64,000 bases of DNA from Candidatus Binatia bacterium (GCA_963666315.2 CAXXHG010000027.1:1-64000), one strand, 5' to 3'. Counted from the stretch's first letter, positions 30,971 through 41,699 are shown. Notes: generated by a model from the letters alone, not told the origin. Translations and numbers: made by a program.

Positions 30971-33058
30971 TTACTCACACGCAATAATCAGCGTGCCATA
31001 CTGATCGACTTCTGCGGACAAACCGGGATTGACTACGACCGTGCTGTCAAGCTGCTCAATAATGGCTGGTCCAGTGATGATATTCCCTGCTTTCAACCGC
31101 GTGCGGTCATAGAATGCGGTTGAGAGTTTCTCTGGTTTGCCATCCGCATCGAATGTGACGTCCAACGTTGAAGTCAGGGCCTCTTGCGCATTGGCATTGC
31201 CGACTGGAATATCTTTCAAACGCAGCTCGGGAATGAGGCCGACTCCCTGTACCCGAATATTAACGATCTGGATGTCGCTGTCTGGAAAGCGCCGCGCGTA
31301 TTCGCGTTCATGGGCGGTATGGAACGCTTCAGCAGCCTGCTCTTGCCAGGCCGGAGTAATATCGCCGAGCGGCAGTGCGACTCGCAACTCGTAACCCTGA
31401 CCGGTATAGCGGCAGTCGGCAATACGTCGGATCAAAGACTGCTGCGCGGACTGGTCCGCGTCCATGCCGTCTACTTGGAGCCGCTCGATGGCCTGTTTTT
31501 CAAGTACAGCAAAGTCTGTTGCAAGTTTGTCACGATCCAGCGTCGAGAAGAGCTGCATCTCAGTGGCGACAAACTCATACACAATGTCTGTTGCCAGGAG
31601 TCCTAGCGCCGAAGTAATGCCAGGGTAACGCGGCACCAGGATCTTAGGAATATGAAGTTCTTGCGCAATATCACACGCAAACAACGGTCCGGCTCCGCCT
31701 GCGGCAACAAGCGCAAAGTCGCGCGGGTCATAGCCCTTTTGGACACTGCTGATTTCAATGCCCTCGATCATACTGTGGGTCAGAATCCGCACAGCGCCGA
31801 GGGCTGCTTGGTCAAGGTCCACGCCTAACGGCTGACACAGCTCTCGGTGCACAGCCTCCTCGGCCAAACGTGGTTGGACTTGAACCTGACCGCCCAGAAA
31901 GTTCTCCGCTCGGATTTTGCCCAGGACAACCAGGGCGTCGGTTGCCGTTGGTTGTCTGCCGCCTTTGCCATAACACGCCGGGCCGGGATCGGCGCCCGCG
32001 CTCTTCGGGCCCACCCGAAACATGCCGCCTGCGTCAATATAGGCCAGGCTGCCTCCGCCCGCCCCAATGGTATCAATCTCGACCATCGGGATCATGGCGT
32101 GATAGCCTGCAACCCTGGTATCGAGCAAATGCTTCATCCGTATCTGGCCGTCGGGCGCAACGCCGATGTCCGCAGACGTCCCGCCCACGTCGAGGGTGAT
32201 GACGCTGGGAGAGCTCGTACTCTTGCCGGTCCAAATCCCACCGATGAGACCGGCAACCGGCCCAGACATCAGCAGATTGACCGGACGATAGGCTGCGCCT
32301 TCGGTGGTGGCCATGCCGCCGACCGACGTCATCAGATGTAGTCCGCCATGAATACCCTTGTCGGTGATGGTCTGATCCAGGCGCCTGACATACCGACTGA
32401 TCTGTGGGCCGACATAGGCGTTGAGACAGACCGTACTAAAACCCTCGTACTCTCGGTACTGCGGCAATACTTCATGCCGGACGGACAGATAGCAGTCAGG
32501 GTATTCCTCCAGAATGATTTCTTTGGTTCGTTTCTCGTGGGCCGGGTTGAGAAACGAGAAGAGATAGCACACGGCAATAGATTCAACGCCTTCGTCTTTG
32601 AGCAAGCGTACGGCCTGGCGGACTTCGTCTTCGTCAAGTGGGGTGAGCACTTCACCCTGAGGCGCAATGATGCGTTCCGTTATAGGCCGCCGGTAGCGAC
32701 GCCGCACAAGCGGATGCTTCTGCCACGGTACGTCTTGATACAGACTAAACGACAACGGACGCTTGTGGCGCGCGATGTGGAGAATATCGCGGTAGCCCTT
32801 GGTGGTGAGCATGCCGACTTTAGCCCCAGTATGTTCCAGCACGATGTTCGTGGCCACCGTCGTACCGTGAAAAAAATGATCAATCTGCGCCGGTGTGATA
32901 CCTGCGCGCTCACACAGTTCATCCACACCTTGGAGAGCAGCCTGGGAGGGATCTACCGGCGTACTGGGCAGCTTACGAACGACGACTTCGCCGTTTTCCT
33001 CATCAATATAAATCAAATCGGTGAACGTCCCACCGACATCGACCCCAACACGTTTCAT
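30971..33058 (-). CDS. Hydantoinase A/oxoprolinase family subunit
   Basis: VDVGGTFTD, HGTTVATN, DVGGTSAD, SAGADPGPACY. Confidence 0.95.
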   Translation of the reverse strand: MKRVGVDVGGTFTDLIYIDEENGEVVVRKLPSTPVDPSQAALQGVDELCERAGITPAQIDHFFHGTTVATNIVLEHTGAKVGMLTTKGYRDILHIARHKRPLSFSLYQDVPWQKHPLVRRRYRRPITERIIAPQGEVLTPLDEDEVRQAVRLLKDEGVESIAVCYLFSFLNPAHEKRTKEIILEEYPDCYLSVRHEVLPQYREYEGFSTVCLNAYVGPQISRYVRRLDQTITDKGIHGGLHLMTSVGGMATTEGAAYRPVNLLMSGPVAGLIGGIWTGKSTSSPSVITLDVGGTSADIGVAPDGQIRMKHLLDTRVAGYHAMIPMVEIDTIGAGGGSLAYIDAGGMFRVGPKSAGADPGPACYGKGGRQPTATDALVVLGKIRAENFLGGQVQVQPRLAEEAVHRELCQPLGVDLDQAALGAVRILTHSMIEGIEISSVQKGYDPRDFALVAAGGAGPLFACDIAQELHIPKILVPRYPGITSALGLLATDIVYEFVATEMQLFSTLDRDKLATDFAVLEKQAIERLQVDGMDADQSAQQSLIRRIADCRYTGQGYELRVALPLGDITPAWQEQAAEAFHTAHEREYARRFPDSDIQIVNIRVQGVGLIPELRLKDIPVGNANAQEALTSTLDVTFDADGKPEKLSTAFYDRTRLKAGNIITGPAIIEQLDSTVVVNPGLSAEVDQYGTLIIACE

Positions 33059-33161
33059 CGCTATCCTTCCTCAAAACAATAATTCATACTCTCGCCCTTG
33101 TATGTCATTCCGGCCTGGATGGTCAAATGTCTTGCGCCACAGCGAAACGAACTGAGGAACA

Positions 33162-34514
33162 ATGCTAACAACAATCGAACAAATAAACACTGCTATCCAT
33201 TCCATAGTGTGGGGACCGCCGCTCATGGTCCTCTTAATCGGCACGGGGGTGTATCTCAGTTTTCGCCTGGGCTTTCTACAATTTACCAAACTGGGATTGA
33301 TCTGGCGCTCAACGCTGGGTCAATTGTTTACGCGTAAGGACGATGAGGGGGCAGGCGAACTCAGCGCGTTTCAGGCCGTGAGTTCTGCGATGGCTGCGAC
33401 GGTCGGGGTAGGCAATATCGTGGGCGTGAGTACCGCCATGTATTGGGGCGGGCCGGGGGCGCTGTTTTGGATGTGGGTGACTGCTGGGGTGGGCATGGCA
33501 ACCAAGTTTAGCGAGGTCGTGCTTGGTATGAAGTACCGCCAGGTCAATGCCCACAATGGTGCGATCGCTGGTGGTCCGATGTATTACATTGCCGACGGGC
33601 TGGGGAAGAAATGGCTGGCCGGCGTGTATGCTTTCCTCACCGGCATAGCCGCGCTCGGCATCGGTAATATGGTCCAAGCCAATACGGTCGCCACGAGCTT
33701 GCATGAGACGGCTGCGTTCTCTCGACCTCTCGCCGGAGGACTGATCGTCGCTTCGGTAGCTGTCGTCATTCTCGGTGGGGTCAAACGTATTGGACGCACG
33801 ACAGAATATTTGGTGCCGTTTATGGCCGTGCTGTATTTAGCTAGCGGGATATTTATCCTGTTGCGCTATATCTCAGTTTTGCCTGACGCACTGGCGACTA
33901 TTGTGGGCTCCGCGTTTACCCCTGCGGCGCCGGTTGGTGCCTGGGGTGGAGCGACGGTGATGATGGCTATGCGCTACGGCATTGCGCGCGGCATATTTTC
34001 CAATGAGGCGGGATTAGGCTCAGCGTCTATCATACACTCCCAAGCCAAGAACACGCCGGTTAGTCAAGGCTTTTGGGGTATATGGGAGGTATGCGTTGAC
34101 ACTTTGATTGTCGCCAGCATCACCGGGCTGGTCATCATGGTCACCGGCGTTCTGGGTGAGCCTGACTTGTCTCCTGGTGTTCTTGCCGCCACAGCATTTG
34201 CGCGCGGTCTGCCCGGCCTGGGTGAGCATATCGTCTTTGTGTGCCTTATTCTTTTTGCTTATAGCACCATGCTGACATGGAGTTTTTATGGCGAGCAAGC
34301 CTGGGAGTATTTGTTTGGGAAGGTCGCTGTCATTCCGTACCGTATTCTGTTTCTCGTGTTTCTCTATATTGGTGCGATTGGTGCCCTACGGTTAGTCTGG
34401 GGTGTATCCGATACGCTGAACGGCCTGATGGCCGTGCCGAATCTGGTTGCCCTGCTCGTGCTGGCGCGGGTGGTTGTTGGAGAGAAGAAAGCCGTATTAG
34501 ATTCAGCGAAGTAG
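33162..34514 (+). CDS. Sodium:alanine/glycine symporter (AGCS)
   Basis: ATVGVGNI, GGPGALFWMW, GGPMYY, RGIFSNEAGLGS. Confidence 0.95.
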   Translation: MLTTIEQINTAIHSIVWGPPLMVLLIGTGVYLSFRLGFLQFTKLGLIWRSTLGQLFTRKDDEGAGELSAFQAVSSAMAATVGVGNIVGVSTAMYWGGPGALFWMWVTAGVGMATKFSEVVLGMKYRQVNAHNGAIAGGPMYYIADGLGKKWLAGVYAFLTGIAALGIGNMVQANTVATSLHETAAFSRPLAGGLIVASVAVVILGGVKRIGRTTEYLVPFMAVLYLASGIFILLRYISVLPDALATIVGSAFTPAAPVGAWGGATVMMAMRYGIARGIFSNEAGLGSASIIHSQAKNTPVSQGFWGIWEVCVDTLIVASITGLVIMVTGVLGEPDLSPGVLAATAFARGLPGLGEHIVFVCLILFAYSTMLTWSFYGEQAWEYLFGKVAVIPYRILFLVFLYIGAIGALRLVWGVSDTLNGLMAVPNLVALLVLARVVVGEKKAVLDSAK

Positions 34515-34538
34515 GGATGCAGCGTGTGGCGCTCTTTT

Positions 34539-35192
34539 CTAGATCGGAAATCTTTCCCGCATCCGCTCCCACCATTTCCCGAGGGCTGGTGCGGAGTCAA
34601 AGAGTGGTTCGTCACTCACTCGGGTGGCAAAGGTAAAGGTGCCGAACAGACTGAAGTCGGCATAGGTTAAAATCTCAAAGAGGTATTCATGCCCCAAGGC
34701 GACAGCCTCAAGGTCAGCCAAAACGGCTTTGAGGCGTGGGCGGGATTCGTCGCGTTTGGCCGCAATGTCTTCAAGCGTCGCACCGAACCGAGCCTCGCGG
34801 TTTTCACGGAAATAGTCTCGATCTACCGGCTCGATCTTTTCAAAGATGTCATACAGCATGACGGGAACGAGCGCTGGGTGCAGCGTGTTGTCAATATACA
34901 TATTAAAAAACCGGCAGGCTTCTTTCATGCCCAAGCCAGGAAAGAGCTTGGCTTCCGGGTACTGCTCTTCCAAATACTGTGCGATTTTCCATGAATCGGA
35001 CACAACGGTGTCGTTGTCCTTGATGACCGGCACGCGATCCTGGTTCGAGAAAGCCAGTTTGTCCTTGTCGCAAAATCGAATTGGTATAGTCGTGTAGTCC
35101 AGGTTCTTATAACGGAGAGCTGCTTTGGTGCGTGCGCAGAACGGACTAAAGCGTAAGTCGTGGGCGCCGGTCAGGTCGCAGACTTCGATCAT
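34539..35192 (-). CDS. Glutathione S-transferase family (LigE-like N-terminus)
   Basis: RFSPFC..VPVI.D..VSDSWKIAQYLE. Confidence 0.85.
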   Translation of the reverse strand: MIEVCDLTGAHDLRFSPFCARTKAALRYKNLDYTTIPIRFCDKDKLAFSNQDRVPVIKDNDTVVSDSWKIAQYLEEQYPEAKLFPGLGMKEACRFFNMYIDNTLHPALVPVMLYDIFEKIEPVDRDYFRENREARFGATLEDIAAKRDESRPRLKAVLADLEAVALGHEYLFEILTYADFSLFGTFTFATRVSDEPLFDSAPALGKWWERMRERFPI

Positions 35193-35320
35193 TGGCTTTC
35201 CCCTCTCTTCGTATATGAAACGCTTCTCGTCATTGCCAAAAATGAAGAAGAAGTCAAGGAGAATCGGAGGTCAAGCCTGACAGAGAAAACACAACAGTAC
35301 TCCTCATACGGCCGCGCTCG

Positions 35321-35767
35321 TTACTGCGTATCCATGCGTTCGGGATTGGCAATCTCGATCCCCTCGTTCTCAGCTGCTCGCAGTAATTGGTGGTCAGCAC
35401 AGACAAATGTCAGATCTGCCTTGGTGCGTTGGCGAAACCACAATGCCGAGCAGAGGTGGATCGCATCAAATCCTCTTAACGCATGGCGTTGGACAAGCGC
35501 GAGCAGATCAGCAAAAACGGCATCGGAGACCTCGACAACGACACATTCCTGCCATTCGTGCTGAAAGCTGTCTACGGCAGATGTAAAACCACGCTCCGTT
35601 ACTTCACGAACTCTACGTTTACGCGCCAAGGCAGCGAGCAGCTCAGCGTAGGCAACCCGCGAAGCAACGAGGATATTATCCGGGACAAAGAGGCTATGCA
35701 CCCACGAAGAGCCCGCCTCGGAGTAGTAACGTTTTACAAGGGCGCTGGTGTCGAGATAATAGATCAC
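35321..35767 (-). CDS. VapC/PIN toxin
   Basis: YLDTSALVKRY, LRGFDAIHL. Confidence 0.92.
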   Translation of the reverse strand: MIYYLDTSALVKRYYSEAGSSWVHSLFVPDNILVASRVAYAELLAALARKRRVREVTERGFTSAVDSFQHEWQECVVVEVSDAVFADLLALVQRHALRGFDAIHLCSALWFRQRTKADLTFVCADHQLLRAAENEGIEIANPERMDTQ

Positions 35768-36045
35768 CGCCTTCCCTCTTGTATGAGCCGGGAAGCGGGT
35801 TTGCCCTTACCCTTCACTGCCGGTGCTTTGGAAAGAAACCCGTGCCCATGAGGGAGTGATACTGACCCCTCAGCGGCGAGACCGGCCAATTGGCCGGTCA
35901 GGTCGCTGACTTCATCCCCAGTGGCTGGTTTGACAACTGCGATCGGTTTGCCCCGGTCTGTAACTATAAGTGTCGTGCCTTGGCGAACGAGCCGAAGATA
36001 ATGGGTCAGCCGATCTTTTAACTCGCGTGTTCCAACGGTGAACAT
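35764..36045 (-). CDS. Phd/YefM antitoxin
   Basis: VGTRELKDRL..VTDRGKPIA. Confidence 0.92.
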   Translation of the reverse strand: MFTVGTRELKDRLTHYLRLVRQGTTLIVTDRGKPIAVVKPATGDEVSDLTGQLAGLAAEGSVSLPHGHGFLSKAPAVKGKGKPASRLIQEGRR

Positions 36046-36068
36046 GTTTGTCCCTCGATAGTCTTTTG

Positions 36069-36085
36069 GTAGCTATAATAGCCAC
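36069..36085. promoter_or_regulatory. Probable TA operator
   Basis: Imperfect palindrome gtagctat-a-atagccac upstream of the antitoxin. Confidence 0.5.
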
Positions 36086-36224
36086 AAGGTGAGGCAGGAG
36101 CAAATCCTTTGCTGAAATTATTGAAAGAATACCCCCTTAGATACTGCCCTGTTGGCGGAGCTGTTTGGGTAGGATAGGCTGACCAAAACATATAATAAGA
36201 TCAGTAACGAAGGAGGCTAGATTC

Positions 36225-37400
36225 ATGAGAGAAGCCGTTATTGTGTCGTCTGCTCGGACCGGAATTGGCAAAGCCTTTCGAGGAAGTTTGAACAAGACGA
36301 GTGGCGCAACTCTGGGTGCACATGTCATTAAGCACGCGGTTGAGCGCGCGGGCGTTGCGCCCGAAGAAATTGAAGATGTGGTCTTTGGCTGTGGACTGCC
36401 GGAAGGCTCAACTGGACATAATATTGCTCGGACATCAGCAGTGAAGGCCGGGCTTCCGGTGACCACCGCAGGCATGACTATCAATCGGTATTGTTCCTCC
36501 GGCTTGCAGGCTATTAGTACGGCAGCCCACCGGATTATTGTGGACGGTGCCGATGTCATGCTGGCCGGCGGGCTCGAGTCGATCAGCATGGTGCAAAATC
36601 ACCTCAACACCAAGAATTTTGTTGATAGCTGGCTCATGGAGAACGCGCCGGGGATCTATTTCCCTATGCTCAAAACCGCCGAGATCGTGGCCCAACGCTA
36701 TAATGTCTCGCGGGAGTCGCAAGACGAATATGCACTGTCTAGCCAGCAGCGGACTGCAGCCGGCCAAGTGGCCGGCAAGTTCGACGATGAGATCGTGCCC
36801 CTTACGACCATAATGGACGTGAAGAACAAGGAAACCGGCGAGGTGACGGAGAAAGAGGTGACCCTCTCTCGGGATGAGGGCAATCGGCCCGGCACCAACC
36901 TCGAAGGACTCGCCGCCCTGCCTTCAGTGACGGAGGGCTCAATCTCTGCGGGTAATGCGAGTCAGCTCTCGGATGGGGCGGCCGCCGTTGTCTTAATGGA
37001 AGCCAAAGAAGCGGAGAAGCGTGGTCTGGAACCGATGGGGTTATACAAAGGTTTGATTGCGGCAGGCTGCGAGCCGGATGAGATGGGCATCGGCCCGGTG
37101 TTTGCGATTCCCAAGCTGCTCGATCGCCACGGCGTAAAAATGGATGACATCGACTTGTGGGAGCTCAACGAAGCCTTTGCCGTGCAGGCAGTCTATTGCC
37201 GGGATCGGCTGGGCATTCCGATGGAGAACTACAATGTGAATGGTGGGGCCATCTCGATCGGCCATCCATACGGCATGACTGGCGCCCGCCAGGTCGGCCA
37301 TATCCTGCGTGAGGGAAAACGGCGCGGGGCCAAGAATGTAGTCGTGACTATGTGTGTTGGTGGCGGTATGGGTGTAGCCGGGTTATTTGAGGTACTGTAA
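36225..37400 (+). CDS. Acetyl-CoA C-acyltransferase (thiolase)
   Basis: NRYCSSG, NEAF, GHPYG, CVGGG. Confidence 0.95.
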   Translation: MREAVIVSSARTGIGKAFRGSLNKTSGATLGAHVIKHAVERAGVAPEEIEDVVFGCGLPEGSTGHNIARTSAVKAGLPVTTAGMTINRYCSSGLQAISTAAHRIIVDGADVMLAGGLESISMVQNHLNTKNFVDSWLMENAPGIYFPMLKTAEIVAQRYNVSRESQDEYALSSQQRTAAGQVAGKFDDEIVPLTTIMDVKNKETGEVTEKEVTLSRDEGNRPGTNLEGLAALPSVTEGSISAGNASQLSDGAAAVVLMEAKEAEKRGLEPMGLYKGLIAAGCEPDEMGIGPVFAIPKLLDRHGVKMDDIDLWELNEAFAVQAVYCRDRLGIPMENYNVNGGAISIGHPYGMTGARQVGHILREGKRRGAKNVVVTMCVGGGMGVAGLFEVL

Positions 37401-37430
37401 GCGCCGCGATGTGAGAAAACAGACAAAAAG

Positions 37431-37457
37431 AGAGGGGCGGATTTTCCGCCCCTTTTT
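37431..37457 (+). terminator. Intrinsic terminator
   Basis: aggggcgg-atttt-ccgcccct-tttt. Confidence 0.75.
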
Positions 37458-37608
37458 CGTTGTGCGGTAGGGACAGTAGGGACGCTAAGGAATGGATGGG
37501 CGATTTTGCGCAATTGCAAACTGCCTGATGATAGCGCATGATCGAGACAAGTAGGGCTGTTGGCCCGAGCGCAATGCAAGCGCAAGAAAAAGTCAGGAGG
37601 AGGGTCTT

Positions 37609-38271
37609 ATGTGTGGCCGATATAGCCTGACGTCGGATGCGGAACGGATCAATGCGCATTTTATCGCTCGATCTACGCCCTCTCCTCAGGCGGCCCGCTA
37701 CAATATTGCCCCAACCCAGCCGGTCTGGGCTCTGGTCCATACGGATGAGCCCAAGATCGTCGCGCTGCGCTGGGGGCTTATCCCCTCGTGGGCCAAGGAC
37801 AAAGCCATCGGCAATCGAATGATCAATGCCCGCTCCGAAGGGATTGCGGAAAAGTCGAGTTTTCGTCGAGCGCTACGCAAACGGCGCTGTCTGGTGCTCG
37901 CGGACGGATTTTACGAATGGAAAAAAGAGGGCAAGTCCAAGGTGCCGCATTATATTAGACTCAAGTCGGGCGAACCATTTGGCTTTGCCGGCTTATGGGA
38001 AACGTGGTCCGCGCCGTCCGGAGAAACGATACAGTCGTGTACCATTATTACGACAACACCAAACGCCTTACTAGCAGAAATGCACAACCGTATGCCGGTA
38101 ATCTTGCCGCGCAACGTAGAAGCCCAGTGGCTTGATCCGCATGTCGAAAACCCACAAAAAATCCTGCCGTTGCTCGGCCCGTATCCCGAAGACGAGATGG
38201 AAACCCATGCGGTTTCAACCGTGGTCAATTCTCCGCGTAATGACGTAGCTGCTTGTATTGAGCCGGCTTAA
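37609..38271 (+). CDS. SRAP (YedK/HMCES) abasic-site protein
   Basis: MCGRY, RYNIAPTQ, INARSE, GFYEW, HNRMP. Confidence 0.95.
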   Translation: MCGRYSLTSDAERINAHFIARSTPSPQAARYNIAPTQPVWALVHTDEPKIVALRWGLIPSWAKDKAIGNRMINARSEGIAEKSSFRRALRKRRCLVLADGFYEWKKEGKSKVPHYIRLKSGEPFGFAGLWETWSAPSGETIQSCTIITTTPNALLAEMHNRMPVILPRNVEAQWLDPHVENPQKILPLLGPYPEDEMETHAVSTVVNSPRNDVAACIEPA

Positions 38272-38334
38272 TAGACATTCCGAAAAGGTCGTCCAGACGA
38301 GGTAATCTCGCCCCTACGATCATTTGTTAATGGA

Positions 38335-38372
38335 AGAAAAGATTCGGAGCCGGGTGCAGGGGCCCGGCTCCG
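38335..38372 (-). terminator. Intrinsic terminator
   Basis: Minus strand cggagccggg-cccctgca-cccggctccg-aatcttttc. Confidence 0.75.
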
Positions 38373-38548
38373 CTGGGATAGAGGAGGGATGGGGAGAGTG
38401 TGTTAGTAGGCTCTGAAGTGGAGAGAACAAGTGAGTTGGCATGGGGCCATATGCCCCGGCTTACCAGTTCCCCAAGCGGGTCCACCTTTGAACAGCTGCT
38501 TGGTCCACCAATTGGAGCAGTGGCCTCTCCCGATAAGCCATCACTCTG
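38335..38548 (-). ncRNA. Candidate sigma54-dependent structured sRNA
   Basis: Consensus -24/-12 promoter upstream, 10-bp closing helix, internal hairpins, CU-rich tract, strong terminator hairpin. Confidence 0.6.
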
Positions 38549-38557
38549 ATTGTCTGC

Positions 38558-38573
38558 AGCAATGGACGTGCCA
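38558..38573 (-). promoter_or_regulatory. Sigma54 (RpoN) promoter
   Basis: TGGCACGTCCATTGCT matches TGGCACG-N4-TTGCW exactly; AT-rich tract near 38690-38720 upstream. Confidence 0.75.
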
Positions 38574-38910
38574 GAAAAGAATAGGCCGAACGGGCTAGAC
38601 GCAGTTGAGTGCTGTCAGCCTGCAGCCGCGAGATGAACAGGTTGAGGCCGCCCTTGAAGCCGTCATCCTTGTAGACCCGAAGTGCTATGTTTTTCTTGGA
38701 AAAATAAAATAAAGCAACTTTGGTCCAACTCTGATTCAACTCTGATATTGGAGAAGCGATGGGCCCGAGCCCGGTCCCGGCCTGTACTGTTCTGACGTTT
38801 CTTAGCGAAAAAACCGAACGAGACCGTCCGCTTTCTGTTTGCAGAAACCTACAATCATGTAGGGAAATACCCACACTTTGAAAAGGCGGGAAGCAAACGT
38901 AGAGTGCCGT

Positions 38911-39444
38911 CTATTCTGACTCCGGCTCAAGATCAACTTGGGTTGCATGCAGAAAGCGGACAACCATATTGTAAAAGGCAGTGTTAAGACTCAGCTCGAC
39001 AATCTGCTCTTCATCGAAAAAATCACGCAGTGCGTCAAAGGTCGCATCCGTGACACGCACCTGCTGGGTCATCCCGGTTGCATACCGAATCACGGCCCGT
39101 TCCTGTGCATTAAAAGCTGGGTCGGTCTCCCAGTCGGCCAGTCGTTCGACTTGTTCGAGACGGACGCCGACCCGTTTGGCGAAGGCCTGGTGGTGGGTGT
39201 ATTCGTACTCGCAATCAGTCAACCTGCCGACTGTCATGATGGCCAGTTCGCGCAGCCGTGGATCAAGTTTCGTGCGGTTGCGTAGCCCATCGCTGAAATA
39301 CAGCATGCGCCGTAGCAGTAGGGGACTGTGGGCCACAATCCGAAAAATATTGCCAATTGAGCCGCGCTGTTGCAGCAGATCATCAAAAATATCGCGTTCG
39401 AGTTCAGGCAAGTCTTCTCGGTCCAGATAAGGCAGACGGGCCAT
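38911..39444 (-). CDS. Carboxymuconolactone decarboxylase/AhpD family protein
   Basis: LDPRLRELAI..CEYEYTHH..YNMVVRF. Confidence 0.88.
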   Translation of the reverse strand: MARLPYLDREDLPELERDIFDDLLQQRGSIGNIFRIVAHSPLLLRRMLYFSDGLRNRTKLDPRLRELAIMTVGRLTDCEYEYTHHQAFAKRVGVRLEQVERLADWETDPAFNAQERAVIRYATGMTQQVRVTDATFDALRDFFDEEQIVELSLNTAFYNMVVRFLHATQVDLEPESE

Positions 39445-39478
39445 GGTATATTCCTTTTCTTCGTTATTGATCCGGCCC

Positions 39479-40264
39479 CTACCCAAATTCGGGTGGGCGC
39501 TTGGCTAAGAATGCACGCATGCCCTCACGCGCGTCGTTGGATAGGAATATTGATTTTTGGGTGCGGTACTCATAAGCGAGGGCTTGTTCGAGAGACGCTG
39601 TCGCGCCAAGATAGACGCCTTCTTTGATTCGAGCCAGAGTTTCGGCTGGGCCGGCGGCTAACTTGCGAGCAAAATTGAGGGTCTCTTCACGAAAACTATC
39701 CGCCGGATAGACGTGGTTGAGCAGCCCTAGCCGGAGCGCTTCCTCGGCTTTGATGCGATCGCCGGTCATCATGAGTTCCATGGCTTTGGCTGTGCCAACC
39801 AGGCGAGGCAGAAAGAAGAATCCGCCCCAGTCCGGGACAAGACCGATGCGGACAAAGCTTTCGGCAAAAAACGCTCGGTCCGAACCGAGTCGAAAATCGC
39901 AGCTCAAGGCGAGATTCGCACCCGCACCGGCCGCCGCTCCGTTGACTGCAGCGATGACCGGCTGCGGCATACGCCGCAGCAGTTGAACAACCTGGCTGCC
40001 CAGCGTCATCCGTTGTTCAACCACCTCCGTCGCGTTGTCGTCCTGGAGCTGAGCCATACTGGCGATATCACCACCAGCGCAAAAGGCTTTGCCTGCACCC
40101 GTAATGACTACGCACCGAACATCAGGATTTGTCAAGAACTGTTCGAGCTGACTCCGCAGCCGCTCGCGCATTCTATCAGTAAACGCGTTCATCACCTCGG
40201 GCCGGTTCAGCGTCAGTAGTCCGATATGGTCAACGACTTCAGATAAGAGTTGCGTTTCGCTCAT
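39479..40264 (-). CDS. Enoyl-CoA hydratase/isomerase
   Basis: LNRPEVMNA, FCAGGD, GLVPDWG. Confidence 0.93.
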   Translation of the reverse strand: MSETQLLSEVVDHIGLLTLNRPEVMNAFTDRMRERLRSQLEQFLTNPDVRCVVITGAGKAFCAGGDIASMAQLQDDNATEVVEQRMTLGSQVVQLLRRMPQPVIAAVNGAAAGAGANLALSCDFRLGSDRAFFAESFVRIGLVPDWGGFFFLPRLVGTAKAMELMMTGDRIKAEEALRLGLLNHVYPADSFREETLNFARKLAAGPAETLARIKEGVYLGATASLEQALAYEYRTQKSIFLSNDAREGMRAFLAKRPPEFG

Positions 40265-40334
40265 ATCCTTCTCCGCAGGAATTTGTCCATGCTCTGTCAT
40301 TAGCACTCTTTGTAATAGGGGAGACGGAAGACTG

Positions 40335-41699
40335 TCACCCAATCAAAGCAATAAGTTGTGCGATTTCGTCTGACTGCAGGGTCTCCAGCATCTCAATAAG
40401 CTGAATGCACTGTTCAGTTTGTTTTGCATCAAGACGGACTCTCAAGCAATCCCGAATCTTGACCAAATGTTCCTCGTGTTGGAGTGGCGGAAGGCCCCAA
40501 AAGCCTTGTGGCCCGTCGCACCGAGCGGTGAGGCGTTGTCCATCTTGCAGTTTTACGGCGACCGTCACCCACATTTTCTCTAACACACCGGGAATGGTCT
40601 CATCTTGGGTGAGAGTCGTGCGGGACAGGAGCGCCACGATATCTGACTGCGTACAGCGGTCATCAGAAAAGGTACGAATTGTCACTGAGCCGTCCAGGAG
40701 GGCTGCGGCGACCGTGTATTGAAAACTGAACTTGCCGTCCAGACCGTTCTTGGGTGCAGGTCGGTCTACATATGGCATAACCGGTGAAGTGATGTGGACG
40801 GACGCAATTCGGTCTGGATTTGAAATCTGTTTGTGGAGATCCAGCCCGGCCAAGATGCCAAAATGGGTGCCATACTGACATGGAAACATCTTGATGACAA
40901 AGCCTGGATCGACCATGCGATACGAGTGGCCCACACTCAGCAATTCGTCATAATTAAACCGCTCGCCAAAAAAATGCTCCACATAGCCATTGGGTGCTTC
41001 AAAAATCGTTGCGTTGCTGGTAAATCCACGCGCCGCCAACAAGGCGGCGTCCAAACCAGACATTGCGGCCCAGCCACAGTGGGTTGCCTTGGCCATGGTC
41101 CCGACATTCGCCATGAGCCCACCAGCTCGTGAAGCGGTAATGCCGAGCGCATGCTGAAGCTGTTCTTGGCTGAGGCCAAGAATATGGGCTGAAGCTACGA
41201 CTGCGCCCATGAGGCCTACGCTGCTTGGCGGATGAACGGTGAATTCGCCAGGCACGTATTGGTGTGAGGCGAGCCGAATATGGCCTTGGAGTTCGCAGCC
41301 TTTGACAAAGGCGGAGATAATCTCTTGTCCAGAGACCTGTCTTTCCTGGGCTAAAGCGAGAATGGCTGGAAGAGTCGGCGACGTGGCATGCGTCGGCGGA
41401 CTCCACATGGGTTCATAGTCCAAGACGTGCATGGAGATGCCGTTGGCATACGCAGCCAAAACCGGCGAGGTCCGAAATCCGTGGCCGATGACGGTCGCGA
41501 TCTCCTTTCCGCTTTGGCTCTTCACATGCTCAGCGGCAATAGTCGGACCCTGTTCTCTCGCCCCGGCAACCGCAACGGCAATGCCGTCGAGGATGATACG
41601 TTTGGCGACCTCGATAACCTCAGTCGGCAGTGTATCAAAGGCCATCCGGGTAAGGGTATCGCACAGCGCTGCTGTTACTTGAGGACTCTTCCTATCCAT
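40335..41699 (-). CDS. MmgE/PrpD family protein
   Basis: ANGISMHVLDYE..H, KMFPC, GKFSFQY. Confidence 0.9.
   Translation of the reverse strand: MDRKSPQVTAALCDTLTRMAFDTLPTEVIEVAKRIILDGIAVAVAGAREQGPTIAAEHVKSQSGKEIATVIGHGFRTSPVLAAYANGISMHVLDYEPMWSPPTHATSPTLPAILALAQERQVSGQEIISAFVKGCELQGHIRLASHQYVPGEFTVHPPSSVGLMGAVVASAHILGLSQEQLQHALGITASRAGGLMANVGTMAKATHCGWAAMSGLDAALLAARGFTSNATIFEAPNGYVEHFFGERFNYDELLSVGHSYRMVDPGFVIKMFPCQYGTHFGILAGLDLHKQISNPDRIASVHITSPVMPYVDRPAPKNGLDGKFSFQYTVAAALLDGSVTIRTFSDDRCTQSDIVALLSRTTLTQDETIPGVLEKMWVTVAVKLQDGQRLTARCDGPQGFWGLPPLQHEEHLVKIRDCLRVRLDAKQTEQCIQLIEMLETLQSDEIAQLIALIG

Noticed and set aside
31137-33082. Several long + strand ORFs (e.g. 32348-33082)
   Set aside because: Antisense to the well-supported hydantoinase A gene
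38455-38542. SAM-I riboswitch-like start (CUUAUC.GGAGAGG)
   Set aside because: Lacks the GAGGGA/GGCCC kink-turn arm, GCAACC and GUGC core, and no gene follows the terminator on that strand
38461-38874. 137-aa minus-strand ORF
   Set aside because: Runs through the sigma54 promoter and AT tract, has no clear RBS or protein-like composition
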